DNA of 62,195 bases, counting the filler. It is 8 parts of 8 records of this genome, joined end to end, with 100 filler letters (N's around TTAATTAATTAA, not from the genome) between each part and the next. Parts side by side here need not be neighbours in the genome. Positions count along the whole stretch, not along the records: positions 57,403 to 62,195 come from SRR20825010_6856; 7 more parts are not named here. One strand, given 5' to 3'. Both the position numbers and the translations under genes were made by a program. This document shows, piece by piece, positions 62,195 through 62,195 of the stretch (position 1 is its first letter; each line of letters starts with the position of its first letter). The notes under the pieces are model-generated. The model did not search any database, had not been told where the DNA came from, and was given only the letters and a program-made list of their open reading frames with translations.

Positions 62195-62195
62195 G

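Overview
The window is not one locus. It is eight unrelated contig fragments joined by seven identical 100-nt artificial spacers (44 N, TTAATTAATTAA, 44 N), so gene neighbourhoods hold only within a fragment. Taxonomic labels are inferred from gene content and composition. (1) 1-4098, Bacteroidota: SusC/RagA, SusD/RagB, lipoprotein. (2) 4199-7783, betaproteobacterium (Limnobacter-like): hflX-hflK-hflC, an internally deleted yjeT/DUF2065, hisZ. (3) 7884-21527, Rhodopirellula-like: UDP-glucose dehydrogenase, FHA protein, ECF sigma with zinc anti-sigma, large exported alpha/beta-hydrolase-like protein, MoxR-DUF58-BatA-vWA. (4) 21628-25024, second planctomycete (Gimesia-like): Fe3+-type ABC transporter whose ATPase runs in frame into a lipoprotein-like signal. 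(5) 25125-46224, Rhodopirellula-like: K+ channel, larB, argG, DUF1559, dtd, hydrolase, cvpA, accA, two Ser/Thr kinases, GT4, fliA-flhF-flhA, divergent ECF-like gene, yhaM-like HD nuclease, queC. (6) 46325-52791, Flavobacteriaceae copper/heavy-metal island with three related long-loop stem-loops, an unannotated Cys-rich small ORF and a SHOCT pseudogene. (7) 52892-57302, betaproteobacterium: C-N hydrolase, MocR regulator, YbfB MFS, LysE, desaturase tail and a clear operator. (8) 57403-62195, alphaproteobacterium: thiC with TPP riboswitch, nitronate monooxygenase, MAPEG, orphan GT-like gene, purA. I saw no CRISPR array, rRNA, tRNA, transposase or integrase. The best novelty candidates are the repeated ~60-nt stem-loops in the metal island, the ATPase-lipoprotein fusion, and the kinase plus degenerate ECF module.
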